Shown here: positions 12,796-25,237 of the stretch, piece by piece
How positions within the stretch are numbered: the first letter of the stretch is position 1
How the letters are laid out: each line of letters opens with the position of its first letter
Assembly (NCBI GenBank): GCA_027604505.1
Contig: JADIIX010000003.1
Location: forward strand, 124,001 to 188,000
Reading direction: 5' to 3'
Source of the DNA: Gonapodya sp. JEL0774
Lineage: Eukaryota
Length of the DNA: 64,000 nucleotides
Translations under genes and position numbers: made by a program
The notes under the pieces: model-generated
Seen by the model: only the letters and a program-made list of their open reading frames with translations
Told to the model about the DNA's origin: nothing
The model's database searches: none

Positions 12796-15700
12796 TCACC
12801 TCCATCCGTTCGCCTTCTGCGCAATCGAGCCCCACTCAGTCTGTTTTCTGTTCCTGGGCCCCCAATCCACTTTCGTCCCGGTCGCTCTCCTCTCCATCTC
12901 CTTCAAATCCCTCTTCCCCACGCCAATCGCTTCCCATCCCCACCATCCCGCCCCTACCCAATTCCTTCGCAAGTGCCTCTGCACCTCCTCGAGTGCGTCA
13001 CGGGGACCATGGTCGGCCAGACGAAGGAGACGGCGTAACGGAGCGGGGTTACCATCTTCGTCCAGGTCCCGACAGAGCCTGTGAAGCGGGGTGAGGTAGT
13101 GCAGGCGGGGAGTCTCGAGATAAAAGGGCCGGCGAAATGCTTGGAGGGATTCGAGGGCACTGAGTGCAGATTCGTGGTCGCCAATTCTATTTTGCAGTAA
13201 AATTGTGAGGGAAATTGCGAAGAAATGTGAATCCAGAGTTTTCCGACAACACCACCACCCAGTGCACAACCCACCTCGCCCAGCCGTTCACCACCTTACA
13301 CCATGCCTGCCCCCATGCCTCCCTTCCTCTTCCATCCCTGTTCCTCATCCTCTCCCTTGCTCCCTCGTCCACGTTGCCCATCGCGTGTTCCTCCTGGTCA
13401 TCCCACAAAATCAAATCCTCCCACACCGACTTCCCTGTGTCTCTCATTAGCCCTGCGTCGTTCACAACGGCATCCAAAACGAGAAACCGCGTTGGGGGGT
13501 CGGGAGACAGGCCCAGTCGCGCGTGAAGTTTGGCAGACATGGTGGGGACATTGGGGAGGGTGGATGGGTGCCGGTGGTGAAGAACTAGGTAAGCGTTCAG
13601 AGTAAAGCGCGAGAGCAGAGGGGTGGTCGGTGGAGTGGGTAAGGGCGGAGGTTCAAGTGGAGGTAGTGCAGGTCTCGTAGGGGAGATTTTGGAGGAGACC
13701 GACACAACACCAATTGCGTTTTCGGTTATATCCTCATCAGTCGGCCCAAGGTACTCTTTCGATACTCGATCTGCGACATTCCGTATGCTCCTCTTGCCGT
13801 CCTTCCTTTCTGCCGCCCCGACAAGGTCCTGTATCCCCACCTCCGCCTCTCCCACCTCCCTGCCATCCATATCCTCCTCTAACCAATCATCGGCTTCCTG
13901 CATTATCCTCCCCTCCTCGATCAAGTCCTCCCGTTGAACAACCTCCCCGACTCCCACCAACCCTACAGCTCTCTCGTGCTGGTCCAAGGCCCACTCGAAG
14001 ACGGCTTGGGCCTCGACAATGGCGTCGTGATGGGAGAGAATGGGGGAAAGGAGGGTAGGAAAGACAATGTCGGTGGTGGGGAAGGATGAGGTAGAATCGG
14101 CGGCTTGTGAGAGGAAGGTGAGCCGGGGTGTTGGGTAAGGATGGTCACGGTCGATGGGAGAAGTTGATGCGGAGGATGCAAGTCGATTTGCCTGTAGCTC
14201 CGAAATACCCAAATTGGAGACCCCGATCTGCCCGTCTCGCACAGACTCTGCTTTCCCACACGAATCCATGTCTGTCCCCAAACCTTCGTCCACCTCACCT
14301 TCCTCGACCTGCACTTTGCCCCCAACGTTCCTCCACGACGCTATCAAATCCTCCGCATCCTTCAGGTCACTGCCGTTTTTCCCATCTGTTGTCCCATCTC
14401 CGCTGACATCCACAAACTGTCCATCTGTCTCTAACCCATCGTCCTCGTCCTCCCAATCGTCCCGGGAGCCCGATTCCGTAGCACCCCGCTGGTCGGGTGC
14501 AACGGGCAGAGGTCGCGCCACAGAGATCTCTGCGGTGCCTTGGGCGTACTTGGACTGGATCCACGCCGCAAAAGGTGGATCGTCGAGCTCTTCTTTGGAC
14601 GTGAATAGACACGTGACCAAGTGGAGGCTGTGAGCACGAGCGTTCGCATGAGTGCCTCCAACGTTATCATTCCGCTCACCTTGTCCGACTTGATCCCCAG
14701 CACGCCCGCGTCGACTATACCACTCCTGAAAATCCATTTCCCTTTCCTTTCTCCTCTTCTCCACATCCTTGTACCAATCCCCCACCGCATATCCATACGC
14801 CCTCACCAAGTTCCCCAGCACCACACCGTCAGCCTCCCCTGCGGCGACACATGCATTCCAATACTCCCGTGCCGCCAGTAAATCCCCCGCCCGGCCAGCA
14901 CAAATGATGAGTGCGTCGTAGGTACGCGAGTCGGGTGCGATGTTGGACAGATGCATGCGTGAGACGAGGGCAGGGATGTGCGGGCGGAGATTGCGATTGG
15001 ATGCGAGGGACCGGAGGAGGGCATTGTAGGTGGCGAGGGTCGGTACAAGGGCGCGATCGTCTGTCATTTCGGTGAAAAGATCGAGCGCGCGCTCAGCTGA
15101 GCCGGTTTTGGCACATGAGGAGATGAGAGATGTGTACATATGGGTGTCTGGTTTGATACCAGCCTCTGTGCGTGCGTGATCAAAAGTACGCCACGCTCGC
15201 TCGTGCTCGTTCGCGCGGACGCAAGCTGAGACCAAGGTTGTGAATGTGTGCAGATCGGGGTGGACCCCGTGGCGTTTCATTTGGTCGTAGAGGGCGAACG
15301 CTGCACTGAGTTTCCCAGAATCAGAGCAGGCGCGGATGAGACAACCATATGATGCAACGTCGGGTGTGAGAGGGGGAGACGTGGTTGTCGAGCGGAGGAG
15401 GCGGAACGTGCGGGCGGTGGCGGAGAGGTTTCTTGAGAGGGAGTGGGCGTGAAGAAGAGAGTTGAATATGGGCAAGGTGGGTTGCATGGGGATATGGGGG
15501 ACGAGATCGAAGGCGTGTTGAGCGGCTTGTGGGTTGCGGAGCACGGCGTGGGCATAGATGAGGGAGGCCATATGCCGGGGTGTGAGACCGGACTGAGAAG
15601 GCTGGGAGAGTGAGTCGGAAATGAGAGTGAGCTCATGAAGGGCGAAAGGATGGTTGAGAATGGACGGGTTCGATAGGGCGAGGTGGAGGGAGTTTTCTAG

Positions 15701-16449
15701 TCGGGAGAGGATACTTCGTGGAATTGAGGAGATGGGAATAGAGAGGGTGGTGGATTGTTCGGAGAGAGATAGGGATGTGGAAGTAACGTCAGATTCGGTG
15801 CTTGGATGGGGTAGGGCGGTGGTGGAATCGAACGAGGAGTGTAGGAGGCCACGTTGTTGGCGGGATGAGGAGGATGCGGACAGGATGATGGATTCTGCGA
15901 AAGCCGCGAGTTCAAGTTGCTAGGTTGTCGGTCGTCATGGCAGTGATAGATTTATTTCCGAATTTCAATTTGTAATGGAGATGGAGAGATGAGAATAGAC
16001 AATTAAACAGGGGAACACGTCAGACAGTTAATCACGCACCTGGATTTGCTGGACTTTTTCCTCCTTCTGAACTTCGGCAACCAGCTTCCGGTACTCATTG
16101 ATTTGAATCTCGGCTTCTTTTTCACGTTTCCTGATTGAAATTTCGGTGGATGTGGGGTGGAGGAGGAATTGAGAAACGTCTTCACCTGCCGGAACTTTTT
16201 GCCATCTTCATCCGGAAACTAAGTCCCCGCCACTCACAGTTTGTACATGCGCTGTTTCTTTTGCCTCAGTTTCCCCTCGGACTGCTTGGAAGCACTTGAC
16301 GCGGATCGAGATTGAACATACCAAGAGGTAGGGAACAGAAAAGGCAGCAGCGCCGAGCGCTCGGTTGCCAGGATGTGAGATCTAGAGCAAGAGCAAGACG
16401 CTGCAAGTGCGAGCTTGGAAGCATTCGATGCGCGGCATGTGGACAGCAT
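12796..16449 (-). CDS. Pentatricopeptide-repeat (PPR) protein, probably mitochondrial
   Basis: Tandem 35-aa repeats (PDVASYGCLIRAC, PDLHTFTTLVSAC, PDTHMYTSLISSC, PTLATYNALLRSL, PDSRTYDALIICA); basic/Ser-rich N-terminus from ATG 16449; several introns. Confidence 0.88.
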
Positions 16450-16689
16450 CGAAAATGCAGGCGAATAGTTGGTTGAAAGTCTTTGATTTGGGTTTGGTGG
16501 GTGGGATGATGGTGACCACGAAGCGCACTACGTAACAGGTCCCCACCACACCCCACCCACCACTACCGCACCACTATCCCCCCCCCCCCTTCCCCCTCTC
16601 CGACCTCCCCCCACGCTCTCTCTGCTCAACAGGCTTAAATTGCTAGTCTGTGTTGTTTTTGTGCATTGAGCGTCACGGAGTGTCGAAAG

Positions 16690-16914
16690 TTGTCAGGTGA
16701 GGAGGTCTACCTGGTACATTCTTGCCCCTGCATGGCCATGCAACAGGTGGACCTCCTCATGCCTGACAAAGTGGAAGTCATTTTTTGTTTGCCGTGTAGT
16801 CTGATCGGGATTGCTGAAACGTGCTGAGTGCATGACAGTGCGTTCAGGGAACGTGGTTCCGAGAAAGGCAGGGGGCACGCGCAGTAGTGGAATGCTCATG
16901 CACTTATGCGATCA
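16690..16914 (+). ncRNA. Candidate structured RNA or foldback element (two stem-loops), family unassigned
   Basis: Arm 16690-16713 pairs with 16744-16769 (24 bp, one G-U, 2-nt bulge). 16825-16835 pairs with 16896-16906 (11 bp, one G-U), enclosed by TGATCG/CGATCA. ATTTTTTG lies between the two hairpins. Confidence 0.35.
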
Positions 16915-17226
16915 AGCATGTCGTCATTTGTGTTCTCTGTGTGGTATAGTACTTTCGTTCTACGGTGTCTCCCCTCAAGTTCCATTTCATTTCGAGGACT
17001 TGGGGCAGGTGATGCTGCTAAAATTGGGAAATGGGGGAAAACTAACTTATCAATGTAATGTCATAACATGAACAGAAATTGCAAAACTGGTAACGATAGC
17101 AAATCACATTGAAATACATACTCCCGGTGGGACGTTGTCAACACGCAGGATGATGCGACGGAGGGTTCGTTCCTGGTGTCTGTTCGCAGCCAGCGAATTC
17201 AGCGAACTTTCACTCCCCACCAACTA

Positions 17227-19186
17227 ATGTCTATCGCCCGCCAATCGTACCTCTCGCAAATATCTGCACTGTTTTTGGTGCGTCGCTCTTCCCAATCCTG
17301 CCCCCCCACCCGGCCAAGTCACCCGGTCTTACACCTCCAATCTGCAGCTCACTCTGCTGTTCTCCCTCGCTCTCCCAACTTCAAATGCCATAAACCTCCT
17401 CCACCCGTTCTCCATTGTACGTCATCCCCTCCTTTGTGAAAACCACCATTTCCAGCCCCCCAATTCATTCATCCCTCTTTCACTTTCAACGTATACCCAA
17501 ATTCATTTCACGCTCCCTGACGAATTAGCTCCTCCAAGCCGGTGAACAACAATGCTTCTTTGAATCTCTCGAGCCTTCAAATGTCAGGAAACTCGCGTAC
17601 GAGGTCTGGGAAGGCGAAAACTTTCTCGTTAATGTCCGGATTATGGGGCCAGTGAGTACCACCAACATTGACCCACATGAGGGACACAGAATAAAAGTGA
17701 AGACGGACTAAATGAAAGGGAGGTGGGAGGAGTGGGCTACCGAGTGAGCTTGGTGGACATGTGGGGTGAATGGTGGAGCTCAGGGTATGATTTTTCTTAG
17801 AGAAGAGCTCAATGCGCTCGGATTAGTGGTGAAAGAAATGTGGTCCCCCAACACGTTTCAAATGACTCTCGTGGAGCCGAATGATTTTCAGTCACCCAAC
17901 AACATTTCGAGCCATCTGGGAGAGATATCTGGTCGGTTGGGTTCAACAGGATATGAAATGGTTCTCGTGGAGAGACGTCAATTCACCTGTCATGTGTGCC
18001 TTGAGCGCAAGCGAGGATGAAGATGGTTAGGCCACCACGGCATGTGCGATTCAGGAAATATGGATGTGATTGGTGCACTGCCTGTCTGTCTGAAATAAGC
18101 TTGAAAGCGCACTTATGCACGTATAGTCGGAAGACGGAATACGCATTGACGTGAGCTCCAATACTCCGCCGCCTGCCCGCTCCCCAAACCTCCCCCCCCC
18201 CAATACCGATCCCCTCCCATCCTTCTAGGACCTTCAAATCTTCTACGACCGAGATGCCTCTGATGGCGACTTCACCATCACCGCTCGCATGCCTGGCGAG
18301 CATTCCTTCTGCTTCCAGAACCGGTGGTCTGATCCGAGCAGAGTCAGCTTCGACTTGGTCGAACCCGAGACTGTAGCAGCGCCAGCCAAGGCTACGGTGA
18401 GTTGACTCAATATTGGGATAGGGAGTCGGTGGAGGGAGCTCGCACGAGGTGATTGGGACCGCAAGCTGGCACTTGGCTAAGACTAGATCTACTCGGGAAC
18501 GTGAGGGGAATGTGGAAACTGCGAGTGATTTCTAGTCTTGAATCTAAGATTGGGGTAGACTTAAGCGTGAGCGGGACAAAACGTTGGAAACGTGTGAATT
18601 GCCGGTGGTTCGAATTGTCGAACCGTATTTTGCTGCACCTGAGTCGTCCAGCATTGGCATAGTTCCGTTGGGACCAACCTTTGTCTCCATATACTCTGTG
18701 TGGTTTCCAGTGCTGTGAAGGATGTCTTGTATATCTGACGTGGCTTTATCGTTGCATTTCCGCAAACGCGTTCCCTCCCGCTCTCCGTGCCTCTCGGCAG
18801 GTCCTCACCCCCCTGCTCAGCTCCATAGAAAACATCGCAATTGGTGTCTTAAATATGGTGGTCGTGAGTTCAGTTCAATTCAATCACTGGGTCAACGTCA
18901 CCTATTCACCTTCGAATTCAAACAAACATTGACAACCTCCTCATCCTTCCTCCCTGCTTCACTCGAATCTCAGCGCATTGATCACTTTAACCTCATCCAA
19001 AAACGCTCCATCTACATCGCCTCGCACCTCTCCTCCTCCGTCAACCGCCTCTCCCTGGCGAAACTCTTTTCCGTCCTCCTCTCTTCCGTGGTCACAGTCG
19101 TCGTTGTGAGAAGCTTATTTGCAGAGACACCTGGAGGGTCGTCGAAGGGGGGCTATAGGAGTAGAACGAGGGGATTTAATATATGA
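17227..19186 (+). CDS. p24/emp24/gp25L (GOLD domain) cargo receptor, many short exons; middle exons unresolved
   Basis: Spliced pieces: signal peptide MSIARQSYLSQISALFL|LTLLFSLALPTSNA; LLQAGEQQCFFESL; GDFTITARMPGEHSFCFQNRWSDPSRVSFDL; coiled segment; C-terminal TM LFSVLLSSVVTVVVVRSLF. Confidence 0.75.
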
Positions 19187-19396
19187 GATCGAAGTTCCTT
19201 TGGGAGAACGGGTGACTTTCCCTCCAGCCTTCTATTCTGCACTTCACGATACGAGACTCGTTGGGCAAATCTGGACAATTCCAGCCGATCCTCATGAAGG
19301 CTGCCGGTCTTGCTGTGGAGAGTTCTTGCTCCTGGTACCTTGCTCCTCTGTGGCCTTCGCTCATTATTTTCGAAACTCTCAAATAATACCCAGATA

Positions 19397-20028
19397 ATGG
19401 TGTCGTTCTGCCCCTCATGCGGCAACCTTCTTATGGTCCGCAAAAGCGAAACGAACGAATACTATTGCAATGGTTGCCCGTACTTGTATCCAATAATGAG
19501 ACCTGTAAGTTGGGATTGCACTAACTTCCATTGTCAATCCGCAAGTGAACGCTGAGATCTTCCAATACGTAGGAACGCAAAAGGGTTCTTTTCCAGAGAA
19601 AGAAGATGGACGATGTCTTGGGTGGGGAGAAGGCGTGGGAGAACGTAGACCAGGCAGAAGGTGAAGAACACCGATGAACCTGCTCTAACACTTTTACCGC
19701 TGACCGCAAATATTTTTTCTGCAATAAACTGCATGTGTTATGCTGCTTCACCCTTTCCTCCTCCCGCTACTCTCGCCGCCCCCACCCCGCAACATTTCTA
19801 ACATTCCCCGTTCTCTTATCAACGCACATATTTGTCGTTGTTACCTTCACCTCACCACATCCTCGAACCGGCTCCTCAATGCTTGTGCTCCCACCATCAC
19901 CAGCCCAGTGCCCTAAATGCCAACATCACCGCGCGTACTTCATGCAAATTCAAACTCGATCCGCAGACGAACCCATGACCACTTTCTACAAATGTGTCAA
20001 ATGTGGTTCGCAGTGGAGAGAGCAATGA
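19397..20028 (+). CDS. RPC11: RNA polymerase III subunit C11 (3 exons)
   Basis: MVSFCPSCGNLL...CNGCPY; DDVLGGEKAWENVDQ; CPKCQHHRAYFMQIQTRSADEPMTTFYKCVKC. Confidence 0.96.
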
Positions 20029-20323
20029 CAGTTGGTTTTGCTCCTGTGGTCGGGGTGTCGCAGCGGAGGGGAAGTGATGTTCCATATGGAGGGTGAGAAT
20101 GATTTGGAGGCGAACGGCATCGCACCGCAGCGTGGGCACAGAGCAAAATGAACTTTGGTTGAACCAAAGGAAGTGGAAGAGCGGAGATATGGCTCACCAA
20201 ATAGTAGAAAGGCACGCATTTTGCCTCATAACACACGAAGGTGATAGAAGATGATACCATGCAATGTAACTGTACAAATTTTAATTATATACATTCCTCC
20301 GTGGTCAGTTCAAGGTTCTGACG

Positions 20324-22597
20324 TTACAAACCCAAGGTTGCCAAGAGTTCTATACACTCTGGAGCTGGATTATTCGCCCACGTCACTGCATCCAATCGAA
20401 AAAACGGTGAGGCGTTCGAGCTATGGGCCACACTGTCGGAACTCTGGGTGATCTTTGCCACCGCACACACCACCTCTTTGCCGACCATTCCGCCCAGCAC
20501 ACCAATCTGCTGTGCTTCGCTCATGCTCGCAAACTCCCCCGGGGCAACACCAGCCACACCCACAGCAACGGTGCCGTCACACTGCACGGCAAGACAAGCG
20601 GTGCCGTCGTCCAGACAAAGAAAGAGGGAGAGGGATGGCGTTTGCGAGGATTCGGGGAGGTCCAGGGAGCAATGGGAGCAATGGTAGCTGTATGCCGAGT
20701 CCAAGGGTTGAGAATTCAGCGTGCGGCCACAAGTGACGTCTGGTGCACGCGAGATTGTGGCGAATGGAGAGAGAGACGCTGCTAAGTGCATCCGACAGTG
20801 TCACTATTGATCCAACTCACGTCTCAACTGAACTACTCCCTCCACCCCACTTCGCACTTCGCGAAAGCCCCGGGTAGCCCCCTTGGTCTTCACCTGTACA
20901 CCCTCTCCGGACCAACCGGTGATGAAGGCCGTGCAGTAAAAGTTCTCCACGGATTGATTCAGCGCCTCTACCAGCAAGAGTGGAGTTCGAACTGAGGGGC
21001 TCGTGAGAATGCCGGGGAGAGTGCTGACTAAAAAATTGGAGCGGAAGGTCCGATTCGATCGAGGTGTTAAACGATGGAGTGGAGGCAACTTGAGGCTCAG
21101 CTCACCAGGCCTCATCCTGCCCTGATCCGCGTGGTCCACCACCAAACACACCTTACTCCTCCTCGAAGAAGGTGATGGCGCAGTGTACATCCCCTCCAAG
21201 AACCATACCTGTCCGGGACGGATTTCCCGGTTCAGGTGAGCGGGAAGGTCGAACACGTTGACATCGATAATTCCCGTGCCATCCGTGATACGGGCGATAA
21301 AACGGTTGCGCGCGCCGATGGGAAACTAGAAAGGCGTGGTGCGAGATGTGATGCGACGGCGGGGGGAGTTGGGACAAACAGGGAGAACCGCACATACGTT
21401 CTGCGACAGAAGTTGGATTTTGGCCAGGAGGGAAACATTCTGCATACCAAGTGTCAGGTTCGTGATGTAAATGCGATCAGAGTACGTCGCTAGATCTTGT
21501 TTGCCATCTCTCGGAGGCACAAGGTGGCCGGCTGAACTAGAAGGCTGATAGCATGAAGATGAGCATGAACCAAAGATTTCAAAGCACAGTTTTCGCCCTA
21601 GCTTACATCCGCCGGAAGAGGAGGAAGGAGGAAGAAGTACGTTTCTGGTCCGATCTCCAACGAGGGCCGGTCCAATCGGAGGTAAGGAGACGGTTTCGCA
21701 TTGTGGACCAGGAGGGTGTCACCCTCCTGGAAGAGTCGTGTGTAGTGGATCATTTCATCGTAGAGATACAAAACTGCTTGGGCTTCTGTAACGTCTTTAA
21801 GTTCTATTGCCACTCTCGAGGTCTTGTCACTACGCTGGCTGCCGATTAACTCGCGTGGTCCGACTACTTGCACTGTGAGTCGCAAGTTCGACTCTGCAGA
21901 CGAGTTACTCCCGACTGGAAGTGGTCCAAATCTCGAGATTATGTCTCTGTCCTTGCGCTCGTCGACTATCAAGAGAATTAGTTCCGTTGGCAAAAGCCGG
22001 GCTAGATTGGACAGAAGACGCAGCCCAGTGGCTCTCATTCGTCGGTCCCGTGTGAAAACGAGGGGGTCATCCGCAAGTGCAGTGTACTTGTGGTGAAGGA
22101 GCATCTCCACCCGGTCCTCTGAATCAACGTCCGCGAGTGTCAGAATCTTGGTTTTGCTTGTGGAGTTCAGTCCCCGACAGGAGAGGACTCGCGTTTGGAC
22201 CAAGGCTTCTGACGACGGTGAGCGTCGTTCGAGAAATGTTTTAATTGGCGTGAATTCTACCAGATGTCACTCGTTGAGCTCTCAAATCAATGAAAGTAGT
22301 AGGAAGTCCGACACACTTTCGCCGAGTTGAACTCCCCCTGCGCCCTCCTCGTCCCACTGAAGATGAAAAATATCAAGCTGGGAAATATCCGAACTAAGAA
22401 ATTCAAGATGCAATCACCCGCAAGAGCATTTCCTGTTCGATCACAGCTTCAGAGAGACCAGCGGCATACTCAGTGAGCAAGGAAGCCAGAGAACTCGCTG
22501 TTGAACTCCACGTAACCGGTTTTGGCCTCCTACGAGATTTTGCAACGACGCGGAGGGCGGATTGATGTTTGGTGACAGCGAGGTTGAAGTCTTCCAT
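20324..22597 (-). CDS. Multi-OB-fold ssDNA-binding protein of the S. pombe Cdc24-like (CDC24_OB1-3) type with RPA1-like C-terminal OB domain
   Basis: RVEMLLHHKY, RLLPTELILLIVDE, LYLYDEMIHYTRLFQEGDTL, LEIGPET, RIYITNLTLGMQNVSLLAKI, DGTG..VF, CSHC and LDDGTA motifs across several exons. Confidence 0.6.
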
Positions 22598-22658
22598 TTG
22601 AGTTGTTGAATTACATTACAAACTTTTCTCATCGCAGTCATCCGGCAAACATTCTCAT

Positions 22659-23345
22659 TCAGTTTTTCAACCCATAAACCGACAAGTACTTTCGAATAGA
22701 GGCTATTTCAGTGTTGTACTTTTCACCAGTCTCCTCAAGATACTCAATGATGTTCTCCAGCTTCACAATGCTGAACACGGGAACCCCATAGTCCTTTTGA
22801 ACCTGCTGAATAGCGGACAGATCCCCCACCATACCGCGCTCCTGTCTGTCTAGAGAGATAATGACTCCAACTAGCGTTGCCCCCTTCGCCCGAATAAGAT
22901 CCACGCTCTCTCGAACGGCTGTGCCCGCAGTCATGACATCGTCCACGATAAGCACTCTCTTCCCTGGCTCCAATTGAGTGCCAACTATATTTCCTCCCTC
23001 GCCGTGATCTTTCGCCTCCTTTCGATTGAAAGCGTATGGTGCGTCACGTCCGTGGTGTTCAGCGAGAGCAATACTCGTTGCGCATCCCAGGGGAATGCCC
23101 TTGTATGCAGGCCCGAATAGAATATCGAATTCGAGACCCGAGTCAATGAGAGATGAGGCATAGGCCTTGCCAATCTCTGCGAGAGCGCTCCCAGTGTTGA
23201 AGAGACCGGCGTTGAAGAAGTATGGAGAGATCCGACCAGACTTGAGCGTGAAGGACCCGAATAGAAGAACTTTACGAGCCAAGCATAAATTGATGAAATC
23301 TCTTTGGTATGGCTTGATGGATGATGACGGAGTCTCGGTGGTCAT
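22659..23345 (-). CDS. URA5: Orotate phosphoribosyltransferase (intronless)
   Basis: [45 protein letters not shown]-binding [13 protein letters not shown]. Confidence 0.98.
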   Translation of the reverse strand: MTTETPSSSIKPYQRDFINLCLARKVLLFGSFTLKSGRISPYFFNAGLFNTGSALAEIGKAYASSLIDSGLEFDILFGPAYKGIPLGCATSIALAEHHGRDAPYAFNRKEAKDHGEGGNIVGTQLEPGKRVLIVDDVMTAGTAVRESVDLIRAKGATLVGVIISLDRQERGMVGDLSAIQQVQKDYGVPVFSIVKLENIIEYLEETGEKYNTEIASIRKYLSVYGLKN

Positions 23346-23487
23346 CGTCAGAGGAATTACTGTGATTATTCCTTCCGCTCGGGAAGACGGGTTACAAAGC
23401 AAATTGAATTGATCTGAAAATACTTTTGGTCTTCCGCAGTATTACTAGGCAACAGAGTTTTTAGCTACAAAAATTTTTTTTCGTCTC

Positions 23488-25072
23488 TCACTTCTTCCCG
23501 CTTTTGGTCACGTCTGCGACCGATGTGGTGGTCGCATGGCTGAAGAAGATTTGCTGCACACTAGCCGCCAGTGCGGCACCACAGAAATCAGCTGTACGTG
23601 TTAAATATTTGTGGTTGTTCGTGGATATAGCCTTGGGAGAGAACGATAAATCTGTGACTCACCGACCCAATAGAGCCAGTGATTCTTCCAGACACCAGTT
23701 ATGAGAGCTTGTGGTATCATCAAGTGAGTGACACGTAGAGTATACCCATATCATGTGCAGAACTCACCTGGTCCAAAGGCCTTCCGATATTATTGGGATC
23801 TGGTGGTGAGATTCAATCAGGAAGAATGAATACACTCGAACTCACTCTTGCGGGGTTAAATGCTCCACCGCTGACACTTCCACCAATAAAGCATAAGAAC
23901 CCCAGTGTAAATCCAATAGCCATTGGTGCAAATCCGGACTTGGAGTCTCCCGATGTGGTGTAGATGGTCCTGCACCAAACCGCAACAAACCATTGAGCAA
24001 CAGCTGCAAGGTCCACTTTCTTTCAAGCTCACAGGTTCTGGCCGACTTTGCTGTTCTTGCCATTCACAAGGACTTTGTTGGACGTGTCTACAGTCTCAAA
24101 AGCAGTTGCGAAAATGACGTAAACCAGGATGAATGTGAGTGTCATCTCCATGAAAAATGCTCTGGTCAGTGATGCATCAATGCCGACATCGACAACAGCG
24201 AGATCCGATCTATGGACAGACGTGCGGCTTAGAGTGGAGTTGATCGTCCGCAAGAGGCAATGCGACTCACGCTTTCACTCCGTCGATCACGGGGAACACG
24301 AGCATGAGCCAGAGGGTTGCAAAAACAGATGCCAAAAGCTGAACACCCATATACCAGAGTCCTTAAAGATGAGGGTTGGGCAAACCGTTGTGAGGGACAA
24401 AGATGCCGAGTGCAGTTGGAAATGAGCTCACCCTTGACAACTAAGCAGAATGCCGGCACTTCAACAATTAGAATCGTTCGAGTAGTACCAGCAAAGTAAC
24501 GATGACTCACCCGACGTTTTACCCACCACCATGGTCCCAAAGGTAACCGCTGGATTGAAATGTGCTCCCGAGACATCTGGAGTGGGTGAGCGATTTATTA
24601 TTGTCTCCCTATCGAGAGCCCAAGCTGTCGCATTTAGGCACCCACCAGCAAAAGAGTAGATAGCCGCGATCGCCACGAAGGCAGTGCTGACGCCTCCCAA
24701 TGTAGCGTCGGCGGTTGAGATGTTCGTTCGCGAGAAGTTGACCCCAACAGCCATTACAACTGTGGTATCACGATTTCATTGTAGGCACCGGTTAAATGAA
24801 AGATGCGTAGATAGTCCGCCCAGGAGCTGGAATCGCTCACCGAATAGGAAGAGGAACGTTACAAGGAACTCTCCCGTGACGGCCCTCAAGAGGACACGCG
24901 AAGAATCATTGTAGTATTCATTGACGGCATGCAGCCACGTCGATGGATTCTTCCAATCGAAAGGTACGTGTTCGGGCACCCGTTGCTCGGAGTCGTCGGC
25001 CATACCGAGCTGGCCACTTTCATTTTGGCCATCGGCCCCGAGTTGAGCAAGAGGGACAGAATTTGCGGGCAT
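23488..25072 (-). CDS. Aquaporin (MIP family), multi-exon
   Basis: RAVTGEFLVTFLFLF, SGAHFNPAVTF, FFMEMTLTFILVYVIF, SGGAFNPAR|AFGP|ALITGVWKNHWLYWV; two NPA boxes. Confidence 0.93.
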
Positions 25073-25237
25073 ACTGTGCACTGAGGTAGCAGAGGATATA
25101 CGTGGATGAGTACGCTAAGACGGATTGCGAGTAAGAACAGGAACGATTCTCGTTGCCAATTTCCAGGGTGATGAGTGCTAAATTGATACAACCCAACAAC
25201 CAAACAAACTTTCCTGAACTACAAAATAAAAGCGCTT

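Noticed and set aside
16840..16895. Cobalamin riboswitch (AGGGAA..GGT) near MMAA
   Set aside because: The B12 box and conserved core are absent, and it is 4 kb from MMAA with another gene in between.
18545..18625. tRNA-like element (GGTTCGAA B-box) in a p24 intron
   Set aside because: No acceptor, D or anticodon stems could be folded.
22659..23345. Intronless URA5 as a recent bacterial transfer
   Set aside because: Fungal URA5 normally resembles bacterial PyrE, and nothing in the sequence marks it as foreign.
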